Shown here in pieces: positions 22,363-33,059 of a DNA stretch of 37,480 nucleotides. Under the pieces are notes generated by a model. That model searched no databases and was not told the origin of the DNA. It was given only the letters and a program-made list of their open reading frames with translations. The stretch is from Macrostomum lignano (lineage: Eukaryota): contig NIVC01004704.1 in the NCBI GenBank assembly GCA_002269645.1, positions 1-37,480 of the forward strand, in the 5' to 3' direction. Both the position numbers and the translations under genes were made by a program. Numbering within the stretch: the first letter of the stretch is position 1; the number at the start of each line of letters is the position of its first letter.

Positions 22363-23226
22363 CCCTCCCCTGAGCACCTGCCCAACCCTCCCCTGAGTAC
22401 CTGGCCAACCCTCCCCTGAGCACCTGCCCAACCCCTCCCCCTAAGCACCTGCCCAACCCTAAGCACCTGTCCAACCCCTCCCCTGAGCACCTGCCCAACC
22501 CTAAGCACCTGTCCAACCCCTCCCCTGAGCACCTGCCCAACCCTCCCCTAAGCACCTGCCCAACCCTCCCCTGAGCACCTGCCCAACCCTCCCCTAAGCA
22601 CCTGCCCAACCATAAGCACCTGCCCAACCCTCCCCTAAGCACCTGCCCAACCATAAGCACCTGCCCAACCCTCCCCTAAGCACCTGCCCAACCATAAGCA
22701 CCTGCCCAACCCTCCCCTGAGTACCTGCCCAACCCTCCCCTAAGCACCTGCCCAACCCTCCCCTAAGCACCTGCCCAACCCTCCCCTGAGTACCTGCCCA
22801 ACCCTCCCCTAAGCACCTGCCCAACCCCTCCCCTAAGCACCTGCCCAACCCCTCCCCAAAGCACCTGCCCAACACCTCCCCAAAGGACCTGCCCAACCCC
22901 TCCCCTAAGCACCTTCCCAACCCCTCCCCTAAGCACCTGCCCAACCCCTCCCCTAAGCACCTGCCCAACCCCTCCCCAAAGCACCTGCCCAACCCCTCCC
23001 CTAAGCACCTGCCCAACCCTCCCCAAAGCACCTGCCCAACCCCTCCCCTAAGCACCTGCCCAACCCTCCCCAAAGCACCTGCCCAACCCCTCCCCTAAGC
23101 ACCTGCCCAACCCTTCCCAAAGCACCTGCCCAACCCCTCCCCTAAGCACCTGCCCAACCCTCCCCTAAGCACCTGCCCAACCCCTCCTTAAAGCACCTGC
23201 CCAACCCCTCCCCTAAGCACCTGCCA
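22363..23226. repeat. Intronic minisatellite, 23/24-bp unit CCCTCCCCTAAGCACCTGCCCAA, about 37 copies
   Basis: Direct inspection. Confidence 0.95.
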
Positions 23227-23383
23227 AAAACAGCAATTTAATATCAGCGCTTCTAAAACTGCGCTTTTGTGCATCATATACTTCTACACGTACTACTTAT
23301 AAGAAGTGCAGTTTAAACCAATTTACGTGTAATATTTACGATTTTATTTCCTAAAAATGCGCCGCAATTTCTAAATATTGCAG

Positions 23384-23547
23384 CCTCGGCCACAGCTGGT
23401 GGCGGCTTCGATCCGTTCGCCAGTCTGGGCGGCCTGACCTCCGACTTGGACGCCAGTCTGGCCAGTCTGGCCACCAGTCTAACTGTGAAGCAGTCTGCCG
23501 CTGCTAAGCCCGGGCCTGCGGCCGCCAGTGGCAACTCCACTGCTCAG
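23384..23547 (+). CDS. PICALM: PICALM exon 6 (GGFDPFASLGGLTSDLDASLASLATSL...)
   Basis: FDPF adaptor-binding-type motif, and DLDASLASL resembles PICALM DLDSSLANL. CAG acceptor and phase-0 donor CAG|GT at 23548. Confidence 0.85.
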
Positions 23548-23678
23548 GTGTGTTAAGCAGATGTGTCTTATCATTGTCTAATATATTAGTGTACCGTGTC
23601 CTTTTCTTTTGCGTCCTGACCTATCTGCTGAGTCAATCTGGATCTTTTTGGGTACGTCTTACTCATTTTTTAGGTCAA

Positions 23679-24435
23679 TATGACTCATTTTCTGCATCAG
23701 TATGACTCATTTTCGGCAATCAGTATGACTCATTTTCTGCATTAGTATGACTCATATGACTCATTTTCTGCATCAGTATGACTCATATGACTCATGACTC
23801 ATTTTCGGCAATCAGTATGACTCATTTTCTGCATTAGTATGACTCATATGACTCATGACTCATTTTCGGCAATCAGTATGACTCATTTTCTGCATCAGTA
23901 TGACTCATATGACTCATGACTCATTTTCGGCAATCAGTATGACTCATTTTCTTCAATCAGTATGACTTACGTGACTCATTTTCTGCATCAGTATGACTCA
24001 TTTTCTGCAATTGGCACGCCTCATTTTCTGCATCAGTATGACTCACATGACTCATTTTCTGCATCAGTATGACTCACGTGACTCATTTTCTGCAATTGGC
24101 ATGCCTCATTTTCTGCATCAGTATGACTCACATGACTCATTTTCTGCATCAGTATGACTCACGTGACTCATTTTCTGCAATTGGCATGCCTCATTTTCTG
24201 CATCAGTATGACTCACGTGACTCATTTTCTGCAATCAGCATGACTCACATGACTCATTTTCTGCATCAGTATGACTCACGTGATTCATTTTCTGCAATTG
24301 GCATTCCTCATTTTCTGCATCAGTATGACTCACGTGACTCATTTTCTGCAATTGGCATGCCTCATTTTCTGCATCAGTATGACTCATTTTCTGCATCAGT
24401 CTGACTCATTTTCTGCATCAACCAATGACTCATTT
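23679..24435. repeat. Intronic compound minisatellite built on ATGACTCATTTTCTGCATCAGT (22 bp) and ATGACTCAC units
   Basis: Direct inspection; about 37 TGACTCA heptamers by hand count. Confidence 0.93.
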
Positions 24436-24648
24436 TTTAATTTACTCTGGTTGATTTTCTTTGGCAATATGACTACAGATTTGTTGATATTTCTGACATT
24501 AATTTTTACATCATCATTATAAAAAAAACTGCTTATTTTGGATGATTCTGGGCCGCTACCACATATAATTCGAGTCCTCGCTTGTCAGATAACTCAGCCA
24601 TAACTAACGGAGTTCACCACAAAACCCCTCGTCGCCAACCCTCTCCAG

Positions 24649-24735
24649 CCCGCCGCCCCAGCCGCCGCCCCAGCCGCCGCCCCAGTCGCCAGCAAGAATC
24701 CGAACGCCGGTTTTGACCCGTTCGCCGACCTATAA
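24649..24735 (+). CDS. PICALM: PICALM terminal exon (PAAPAAAPAAAPVASKNPNAGFDPFADL*)
   Basis: Acceptor ccctctcCAG with a CTAAC branch point at about 24604, and a second FDPF motif. The upstream AG at about 24589 gives an immediate stop and was rejected. Confidence 0.8.
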   Translation, partial: PAAPAAAPAAAPVASKNPNAGFDPFADL

Positions 24736-26372
24736 TGTCGCCCACCTGCAGGCATGTGTGGAACAGAAATAGAAGATGGAATTTCGAGAGATTTTCAATG
24801 TTCTCTAATGAAATACTAAACTGAAGGCTCTACTTGTGTTATTAATCTTATTATTGTAAGTCAAGCGAATAATTTAGTGTTCGTTTGTGTCGCGTTTTTT
24901 TATTATTATGTAGCGTCTTAGGCATTAATTGAGTCAAAGTCTTACTCAACTCATCTACTCACTTACGTGTGTGTGCAGTTCCCGTTTAATTATCTATGCA
25001 ACAGGAATAACAACAAAGGCGGAAATTTTATTTAGTAGTTTCTATTGGTAAAGTGTTTTTCGATTTATTTAGCGCTACTGTTAGTAGAATAAAATGATTT
25101 TTAATCCTTAAATTAGCGTATAAAAATAGTATGGCAAACTAGCTATCTAACTCCCCCCCCCCTTGGGAGTAGGCACAGATTGAGGGAGTTTAAAGCTGTA
25201 AGGCTATTAATAATTAAGACTGTTTAGTTTCACAAGTTTAGAATTTTTAATAATAAATCTTGTTTTGTCTACGACATTAAAAGTCTGTGATGATATTTTT
25301 GTGATATTTAACAAAGTTTGTACTGCTTTATTTGAGTATATTTTATCTGTATCGCAAATCAAAGGAATCGAGACACTTTTATATTATCTTTTTAGTCCAT
25401 CAGGTTTTCTACAATTCTTTGACAAAATTTATTTTAGTAGTTTACCTTTGTCAAACTTTGTTCAATATTCTTTATTCAGCGCGCCTACACTACTGCAAGT
25501 ACGCTCGTAGAGATGTGGCACCTTTTATACTCTGTATTTCCATTCCTCCTTATAATAAATCTCACAGGCTTTATCTGCATAATATTAATTAGCAAACCTT
25601 TTGTTTTGCTTGCTTCTCCTTATCAGTCAAATAGATTGTAGTGCGAAGACATTTCTAGAATCTAGTCGCATTTTTATAATGTCCTCACATTTTTATTACT
25701 AAATATTGTTCAAATTTTGCACTTTTGCGTTATCTCGAAGTCGCAACAACATTAAAAGCGTATAAAATCAAGCTTTTAGAGCGTTTTTTGGCTTGCTTTC
25801 TAACTATTAAAAATAACAAAACCATTTGAAAAGTCGTTCTTTAGCATCTGTTTTTAAGTTTGTTTTGCCGTTTATTGATTGCAATGTAGCCACTACATCT
25901 GCAGTTGTCCTTGCAAAATCTGTTTTATAGTTTTAACAGCAGTAAATTAGTGTGATGGCCCTATGCAATTATCCAATATATTCCCTCGTATCTCTTTGTG
26001 TTTCCAATTTATCTTACAGTTTATGCACTCCAGACAGTTTTTTGTTGATTTTGTTTTAATCATGTGCGCAGCTGTAATCTGTTCTAGTCTCTTTTATAAT
26101 ACTTTTCAACTTGCCCTCTAGTGCACACTCGTTTTGTTAACAGTTTTAACGCGTTTATTGATACCGTGTTAAAGGACTAATAAAATTTATAATTAACCAT
26201 AATTATTGATCAGCTAATTATCCGCGCTAATGATTGCTTGTTTAGTAAGCGAAGCAATATCAATGTTTTGTGTTTTGGCTTTGTACTTTTTCGAATAATT
26301 TAAATTTTATCTTTCCTTGGAATTTATATAGTGGTCTAGCCTTTCTAGTAAAGGTCGTCCTATACTTATTCC

Positions 26373-26996
26373 CCCCTAACCAATTCCTATTGGCTGTTTG
26401 AATTCCATACCGCAGTCACTACTCTACCCCTAACCAATTCCTATTGGCAGTTTGAATTCTATGCCGCAGTCACTGCTCTACCCCTAACCAATTCCTATTG
26501 GCTGTTTGAATTCTATACCGCAGTCACTACTCTACCCCTAACCAATTCCTATTGGCTGTTTGAATTCTATACCGCAGTCACTGCTCTACCCCTAACCAAT
26601 TCCTATTGGCTGCTTGAATTCTATGCCGCAGTCACTGCTCTACCCCTAACCAATTCCTATTGGCTGTTTGAATTCTATACCGCAGTCACTGCTCTACCCC
26701 TAACCAATTCCTATTGGCTGTTTGAATTCTATACCGCAGTCACTGCTCTACCCCTAACCAATTCCTATTGGCTGTTTGAATTCTATGCCGCAGTCACTGC
26801 TCTACCCCTAACCAATTCCTATTGGCTGTTTGAATTCCATACCGCAGTCACTACTCTACCCCTAACCAATTCCTATTGGCTGTTTGAATTCCATACCACA
26901 GTCACTACTCTACCCCTAACCAATTCCTATTGGCTGTTAGAATTTCATACCGCAGTCACTGCTCTACCCCTAACCAATTCCTATTGGCTGTTTGAA
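26373..26996. repeat. Intergenic minisatellite, 54-bp unit CCCCTAACCAATTCCTATTGGCTGTTTGAATTCTATACCGCAGTCACTGCTCTA, about 11.5 copies
   Basis: Direct inspection; degenerate partial copies at about 27052 and 27128. Confidence 0.96.
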
Positions 26997-27505
26997 CTTT
27001 GTGGCCAACCCCGATTTTATTGCCCAAAATCGCTATTTAGTGCAAACTCTTACCCTTAACCAGTTCCTATTGGCTATTATAATTCAGTCTAGACTCGCAA
27101 TCAGAGGTTCAACTAGCTTGGACCCTAAACCCTTAAACAAATTCCTATTCTTTCTGTCCAGTCAATTCTCTACCCACTTTTATCCTTATTGTCTTGACTC
27201 GCTATCAGTGGCTGAACTATCTTGCCTATGTACATTATCTAGCGCTAGGACGAACGTACATTATTTCTTTCTGCACCGAAAACAATTCTCGCGTGATCCT
27301 TTCTCTTTAAAATCTTCTCTGGCCATGCTTAGGAGGCTATAATAGATTAGAATCAGTGGTTTAAAGAAATTGTAAATAATTGAAACAAACAGCCATTCAG
27401 CGGTTGGAAAGCTCATGGATTGTGAGCTGCAACCTCTTATAACGGTTTATACGGATATTTGACCCGTACTATTGTTAAAACGCTTCAGGCGCTACCGGCC
27501 AAGCC

Positions 27506-27905
27506 ATGAGCTATCGGGCGTCGCTGAACCTGCCCAAATTTGCCATCCCGGTTAGGCGGCCGGCTCGCAGTCCGAGCACGCCGAGCGGCTGCGTCGTCTA
27601 TGGGCCGAGGCCTACGCCTGGCAGCTGAGAGATGGGCGGCCGCGCCAAGTTTTCAGCCTGCACGACGGCCCGCCCTACGCCAACGGTAAGCCGCACGTTG
27701 GACACGCGCTCAACAAGGTGTTGAAGGACTCAGTGAGTCGCTACCAGCTTTTGCGCGGCCGGCAGGTTCGGTTTCGGCTAGGCTGGGACTGTCACGGGCT
27801 GCCAATCGAGCTCAAAGCGAAGCCGACTCAGTCAGCTGCTGGAAGCGATTCTGCCGAACCTGCTGCTGATTGTTCGCCAGCCAATCAGATTCGTCAAAGG
27901 GCAAG
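27506..27905 (+). CDS. IARS2: Mitochondrial-type IleRS exon 1 ([11 protein letters not shown]...[frameshift]...[20 protein letters not shown]...[10 protein letters not shown])
   Basis: HIGH motif (HVGH), HDGPPYANG and [10 protein letters not shown] are present. The N-terminal YRASLNLPK lies in a different frame, with the shift at about 27551-27570. Phase-2 donor AG|GTTAGC at 27906. Confidence 0.85.
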
Positions 27906-28596
27906 GTTAGCTCAGCGACGAAAGTGATATTGGTTGTGTATCTCATCACTGAGTATCTCTAGGGAGTAATCTACGCTCCGAAATCTCCTTATTTTTTACC
28001 TAGCTTTTGGTAGTCAGATTTCCCTTGAATTGAATTACATGTGCGGAAGAAAGACAGTACGCTTAGACGATAAAAATGATTAACTGTCAAAGTGATTCAA
28101 TACTTTGGGACGCCACTTGTACAACTTAGGATAATGAATAAGCTTTACACACATGTATGTACGCGAGCGAGTCCAAGACAACAGTAGAAACAGCAGCTAT
28201 TCAACAAGAACAAAAATGACAACCCAACAATCACAACACCAACAATGACGAAAACAACAATAAGGGGGTTGTCTGGAAGTGAGAATTCATGGTAATGGCC
28301 ATAGATACTAGTGACTATGGCTATATCGTGTCTATGGCCATTACAAACCATATTTTCTCACTTCCAGCTAACTTTATTGGTCAATTTGTCCACCAGGATC
28401 CGAGTGGGAAAGGGGAGTGGGGGGTGTGGGCGCGAAGCCCCACTTACAACCATAGACTATTTTATTTTACGCTCATGGACTCGTTCGTTTTCTAAAATGA
28501 TATCCCGGTAAATTGCTCTATTGTCAATTTCAAAAAATGACCGGTCGTTGCTTGAATGTCATTGCCTTAACGTAAATTACCATAGACATTTTGAAC

Positions 28597-28750
28597 AATC
28601 ACAACATTAACAATCACAGCACCAACAATCACAACACCAACACTGGCAACAAACCAACAGTAACAACAACCCAACAGTAACAACAATCACAACACCAACA
28701 ATTACAACACCATCACAACACCAACAATCACAACACCAACAATTACAACT
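28597..28750. repeat. Degenerate ACAATCACAACACCA-type repeat
   Basis: Direct inspection; IARS2 intron 1. Confidence 0.75.
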
Positions 28751-28760
28751 TCGGTGAAAA

Positions 28761-29775
28761 GGGTGAGATTCGGGGAGAAGTATAGAGGTGAGATTCGGGG
28801 AGAAGTGTAGGGTGAGATTAGGTGAAGAGTAGGGGTGAGATTCGGAGAAGTTTAGGGGTGAGATTCGGAGAAGTGTAGGGGTGAGATTCGGTGAAGAGTA
28901 GGGGTGAGATTCGGAGAAGTGTAGGGGTGAGATTCGGAGAAGTGTAGGGGTGAGATTCGGGGAAGTGTAGGGGTGAGATTCGGGGAAGAGTAGGGGTGAG
29001 ATTCGGGAAGAGTAGGGGTGAGATTCGGAGAAGTGTAGGGGTGAGATTCAGTGAAGAGTAGGGGTGAGATTCGGGGAAGTGTAGGGGTGAGATTCGGGAA
29101 GTGTAGGGGTGAGATTCGGTGAAGTGTAGGGGTGAGATTCGGGGAAGTGTAGGGGTGAGATTCGGTGAAGAGTAGGGGTGAGATTCGGAGAAGTGTAGGG
29201 GTGAGATTCGGAGAAGTGTAGGGGTGAGATTCGGGAAGTGTAGGGGTGAGATTCGGTGAAGAGTAGGGGTGAGATTCGGAGAAGTGTAGGGGTGAGATTC
29301 GGAGAAGTGTAGGGGTGAGATTCGGGGAAGTGTAGGGGTGAGATTCGGGAAGAGTAGGGGTGAGATTCGTGGAAGAGTAGGGGTGAGATTCGGAGAAGTG
29401 TAGGGGTGAGATTCAGTGAAGAGTAGGGGTGAGATTCGGGGAAGTGTAGGGGTGAGATTCGGGGAAGTGTAGGGGTGAGATTCGGGGAAGTGTAGGGGTG
29501 AGATTCGAGGAAGTGTAGGGGTGAGATTCGGTGAAGAGTAGGGGTGAGATTCGGAGAAGTGTAGGGGTGAGATTCAGTGAAGAGTAGGGGTGAGATTCGG
29601 AGAAGTGTAGGGGTGAGATTCGGGGAAGTGTAGGGGTGAGATTCGGGGAAGTGTAGGGTGAGATTCGGGGAAGTGTAGGGGTGAGATTCGGGAAGTGTAG
29701 GGGTGAGATTCGGGGAAGAGTAGGGGTGAGATTCGGGGAAGAGTAGGGGTGAGATTCGGGGAGAAGTGTAGGGGT
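28761..29775. repeat. Intronic minisatellite, 23/24-bp unit GGGGTGAGATTCGG(A/G)GAAGTGTA
   Basis: Direct inspection; IARS2 intron 1. Confidence 0.95.
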
Positions 29776-29909
29776 GCCATGTACACCGTGCGCTCAGGGG
29801 CACTGCTTGCCTGTTCTGTGGGCCTTGATCTGCGGCAGTGCCAAAGCCCTCCGCTAACTGAACTAACAATTAACAAACGGATCTCACCTCGGTCTGCTCA
29901 CCCACCCAG

Positions 29910-30390
29910 AGCATTCGCTGACCAGTGCATCGCAGAGCAACGGTTGGCATTTCAGCACTGGGGCGTCCTCAGCGCGTCAGCTGAGCACTACGAGACCAAA
30001 TCGCCCGGCTACGTGGCCCGTCAGCTGCTGGCGTTCGACCGGCTGCACAGTCTCGGACTGGTCTATCGCAGCTTCCTGCCCGTCCACTGGTCGGACAGTT
30101 CGGCCACTGCGCTGGCCGAGGCGGAGCTCGTGTATCGGGACGATCACCGGTCGGACAGCGCCTTCGTCCTGATGCCGCTGATTCGGCTGTCCGCCGACGC
30201 GTCGGCGCCTGAGGCTCTGAGAGACTCGGGAGGGGAGCAGCAGCCGCGGCATCACCTGCTGGTTTGGACCACCACGCCGTGGACTCTGCCGGCCAACGCC
30301 GCTGTCGCTGTGGGCCCCGGCATGCGCTACTCGCTGCGCCGTCTGCCAGACGGTCGGACCGTTGTTGTCGCAGCCAGCTGGCCCGGCTTC

Positions 30391-30424
<34 letters not shown>

Positions 30425-30501
30425 GCGTCGAGCTCGGAGAACCGCTGGCCGAGTTCCCTGCCGATGCGCTGATTGGGGCGACCTACCGGCATCCGTTCAG
30501 T
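29910..30501 (+). CDS. IARS2: IARS2 exon 2 (AFADQCI...LVYRSFLPVHWS..SATALAEAEL...VWTTTPWTLPAN...YRHPFS)
   Basis: IleRS motifs including WTTTPWTLPAN of the CP1 editing domain. CAG acceptor ends at 29909 and donor GTGGGT is at 30502. Confidence 0.9.
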
Positions 30502-30517
30502 GTGGGTTCCGGGTGGC

Positions 30518-30945
30518 AAGGCTATGGGACAGTGTGGGAAGGCTATGGGACAGTGTGGGAAGGCTATGGGACAGTGTTGGAAGGCTATGGGACAGTGTGG
30601 GAAGGCTATGGGACAGTGTGGGAAGGCTATGGGACAGTGTTGGAAGGCTATGGGACAGTGTGGGAAGGCTATGGGACAGTGTGGGAAGGCTATGGGACAG
30701 TGTGGGAAGGCTATGGGTCAGTGTGGGAAGGCTATGGGACAGTGTGGGAAGGCTATGGGTCAGTGTGGGAAGGCTATGGGACAGTGTGGGAAGGCTATGG
30801 GACAGTGTGGGAAGGCTATGGGTCAGTGTGGGAAGGCTATTGGGCAGTGTGGGAAGGCTATGGGACAGTGTGGGAAGGCTATGGGACAGTGTGGGAAGGC
30901 TATGGGACAGTGTGGGAAGGCTATGGGGCAATATGGAAAGGCCTG
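30518..30945. repeat. Minisatellite, 21-bp unit GGCTATGGGACAGTGTGGGAA, about 20 copies, in IARS2 intron 2 (reads GYGTVWE in frame)
   Basis: Direct inspection; interrupts the CP1 domain between HPFS and NAECPVL. Confidence 0.95.
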
Positions 30946-31002
30946 GGTCGATATCCTAATTCCTGCTGGCCATTAATCGCCAGGCCCCTCTTGAACCCGC
31001 AG

Positions 31003-31516
31003 AACGCGGAGTGCCCGGTGCTGCCATCGGATCACGTGACCGAGGACAAGGGCACCGGCCTGGTGCACGTGGCCCCCGCGCACGGCCGCGAGGATTTTCA
31101 ACTTGGCATCAAATTCAAACTTCCCCTCGTCTCCATGGTAACGGAGGCCGGCCGGTTCGGCGGCCCCGGCCTGTCCGAATCGCTGGAGGAGCTGAACGGC
31201 CGGCACTGCCTGACGGAGGGGTCCGGGGCCGTGCTGGACCTGCTGCGCCGGCGCAGCCTCCTGGCGCACACGGAGGCGCTGGTGCACAGCTACCCCTACG
31301 ACTGGCGCACCGGCCGCCCTGTGATGCTGCGCGCCTCCAGCCAGTGGTTTCTGGACACTGCCGGCCTGCGCGACCGGGCACTAACCGCTCTGGACACTGT
31401 CCGAATTCTGCCGGACAGGGAGGCCGGCGCTATGCGGGCTTTCGTGGCCGCCCGGCCCTACTGGTGCATCAGCCGGCAGCGGGTGCACGGAGTGCCGATC
31501 CCAGTGCTGTACGACG
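31003..31516 (+). CDS. IARS2: IARS2 exon 3 (NAECPVLPSDHVT..GTGLVHVAPAHG...HSYPYDWRT..P...WCISRQRVHGVPIPV)
   Basis: GTGLVHxAPAHG, HSYPxDWR and WCISRQR motifs. Donor G|GTGCGC at 31517. Confidence 0.9.
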
Positions 31517-31574
31517 GTGCGCTGGGGGTTTGGGATAGCCGAGGTTGCCAAGTTCTGCGAACCGATTCCTTTTA

Positions 31575-32277
31575 ATCCCATCTCATCTAATCCCTTCTGA
31601 CTCCATCTAATCCCATCGCACTCCATCTAATCTCAACCCACTCCATCTAATCTCATCCCACTCCATCTAATCTCATCCCACTCCATCTAATCCTATCCCA
31701 TTCCATCTAATCCTATCCCACTCCATCTGATCCTATCCCATTACATCGAATCCTATCCCATTCCATCTAATCCAATCCCATTACATCGAATCCTATCCCA
31801 TTCCATCGAATCCAATCCCATTCCATCTAATCCCATCCCATTCCATCTGATCCCATCCCATTCCATCTAATCCTATCCCATTACATCTAATCCCATCCCA
31901 TTCCATCTAATCCCATCCCATTCCATCTAATCCTATCCCATTACATCTAATCCCATCCCACTCCATCTAATCCAATCCCATTACATCGAATCCTATCCCA
32001 TTCCATCTAATCCTATCCCATTCCATCTAATCCTATCCCACTCCATCTAATCCTATCCCATTCCATCTGATCCTATCCCATTCCATCTGATCCTATCCCA
32101 TTCCATCTGATCCTATCCCATTCCATCTAATCCCATCCCATTCCATCTAATCCTATCCCATTCCATCTAATCCTATCCCATTACATCTGATCCCATCCCA
32201 ACCATCTAGTTCCATTTCAACATCTCAATCGCCTCCCACTTCGTCTAATCCCATTCCAATCCATCTAATCTCATCCC
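31575..32277. repeat. Intronic minisatellite, 20-bp unit ATCCTATCCCATTCCATCTA
   Basis: Fills IARS2 intron 3. Confidence 0.93.
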
Positions 32278-32298
32278 CGCGATATCCAACTTTCCCAG

Positions 32299-32723
32299 AG
32301 TCCACCGGCGACCCCGTCTACGACAGTCAGCTGACTCGCCGCTTCGCCGAGCACGTCGCCGAGACCGGCAGCGCCGACTCCTGGTTCGAACTCTCGGCCG
32401 ATCAACTCGCCGAAAAATTCGGCAGCTCCGAGCTGCGCCATCGACGCTTGAAGAAATCTGGCGACATCTTCGACATCTGGATGGACAGCGGCCTCTCCTG
32501 GGCGGTGGCCGGCGAGGCGGGCGACCTGGACGCTGACGGTCAGGCGTCGCTGTGCGTCGAAGGTCAGGACCAGTTCCGCGGCTGGTTCTCCAGCTCGCTG
32601 CTGCTCTCGGTGGCTCTGACTGGCCGGCCGCCTTACAAGAGCCTGGCTGTGCACGGCTTCACTGTGGACGAGACCGGCAGGAAGATGTCCAAGTCTGTTG
32701 GCAACGTGGTGGACCCGGAACAG
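32299..32723 (+). CDS. IARS2: IARS2 exon 4 (DIFDIWMDSG...EGQDQFRGWFSS...HGFTVDETGRKMSKSVGNVVDPEQ)
   Basis: Class I KMSKS motif and EGxDQxRGWF. The phase-1 acceptor and phase-0 donor are consistent with both neighbours. Confidence 0.92.
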
Positions 32724-32834
32724 GTGGGGACATGGGAGCGGGGGGTTGAGGGTGTGGGATGCTTTCACAACACCTGTCGTCTTGTCACAAGACGTGATAA
32801 GATAATCAAAAGGTTCGAGTGATTCGAAAAGGCA

Positions 32835-33030
32835 GTGTGAGATTAGACAAGGGAGGGTGAGATTAGAAAAAAGGATAAGATTAGAAAATTAAGGGGTGAG
32901 ATTAGAAAACTGGGTGAGATTAGAAAACTGAGTGAGATTAGAAAACTGGGTGAGATTAGAAAACTGAGTGAGATTATAAAAGGAGAGTGAGATTAGAAGA
33001 AAAGGGAGGGTGAGATTAGAAAAGGGAGGG
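32835..33030. repeat. Short 18-bp GTGAGATTAGAAAACTG(G/A) repeat
   Basis: Direct inspection; IARS2 intron 4. Confidence 0.8.
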
Positions 33031-33059
33031 TGAAATTCAGGGAACGGCCAGGAGAGATT

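Noticed and set aside
24590-24648. Earlier acceptor (gtcAG) for the last PICALM exon
   Set aside because: It gives ATA ACT CAG CCA TAA, an immediate stop. The downstream acceptor has a branch point and yields the FDPF motif.
27551-27570. 20-nt GT..AG micro-intron repairing the IARS2 frameshift
   Set aside because: It is below the usual metazoan minimum intron size and removes residues aligned to the conserved FPM+ region. It is kept only as a minor alternative.
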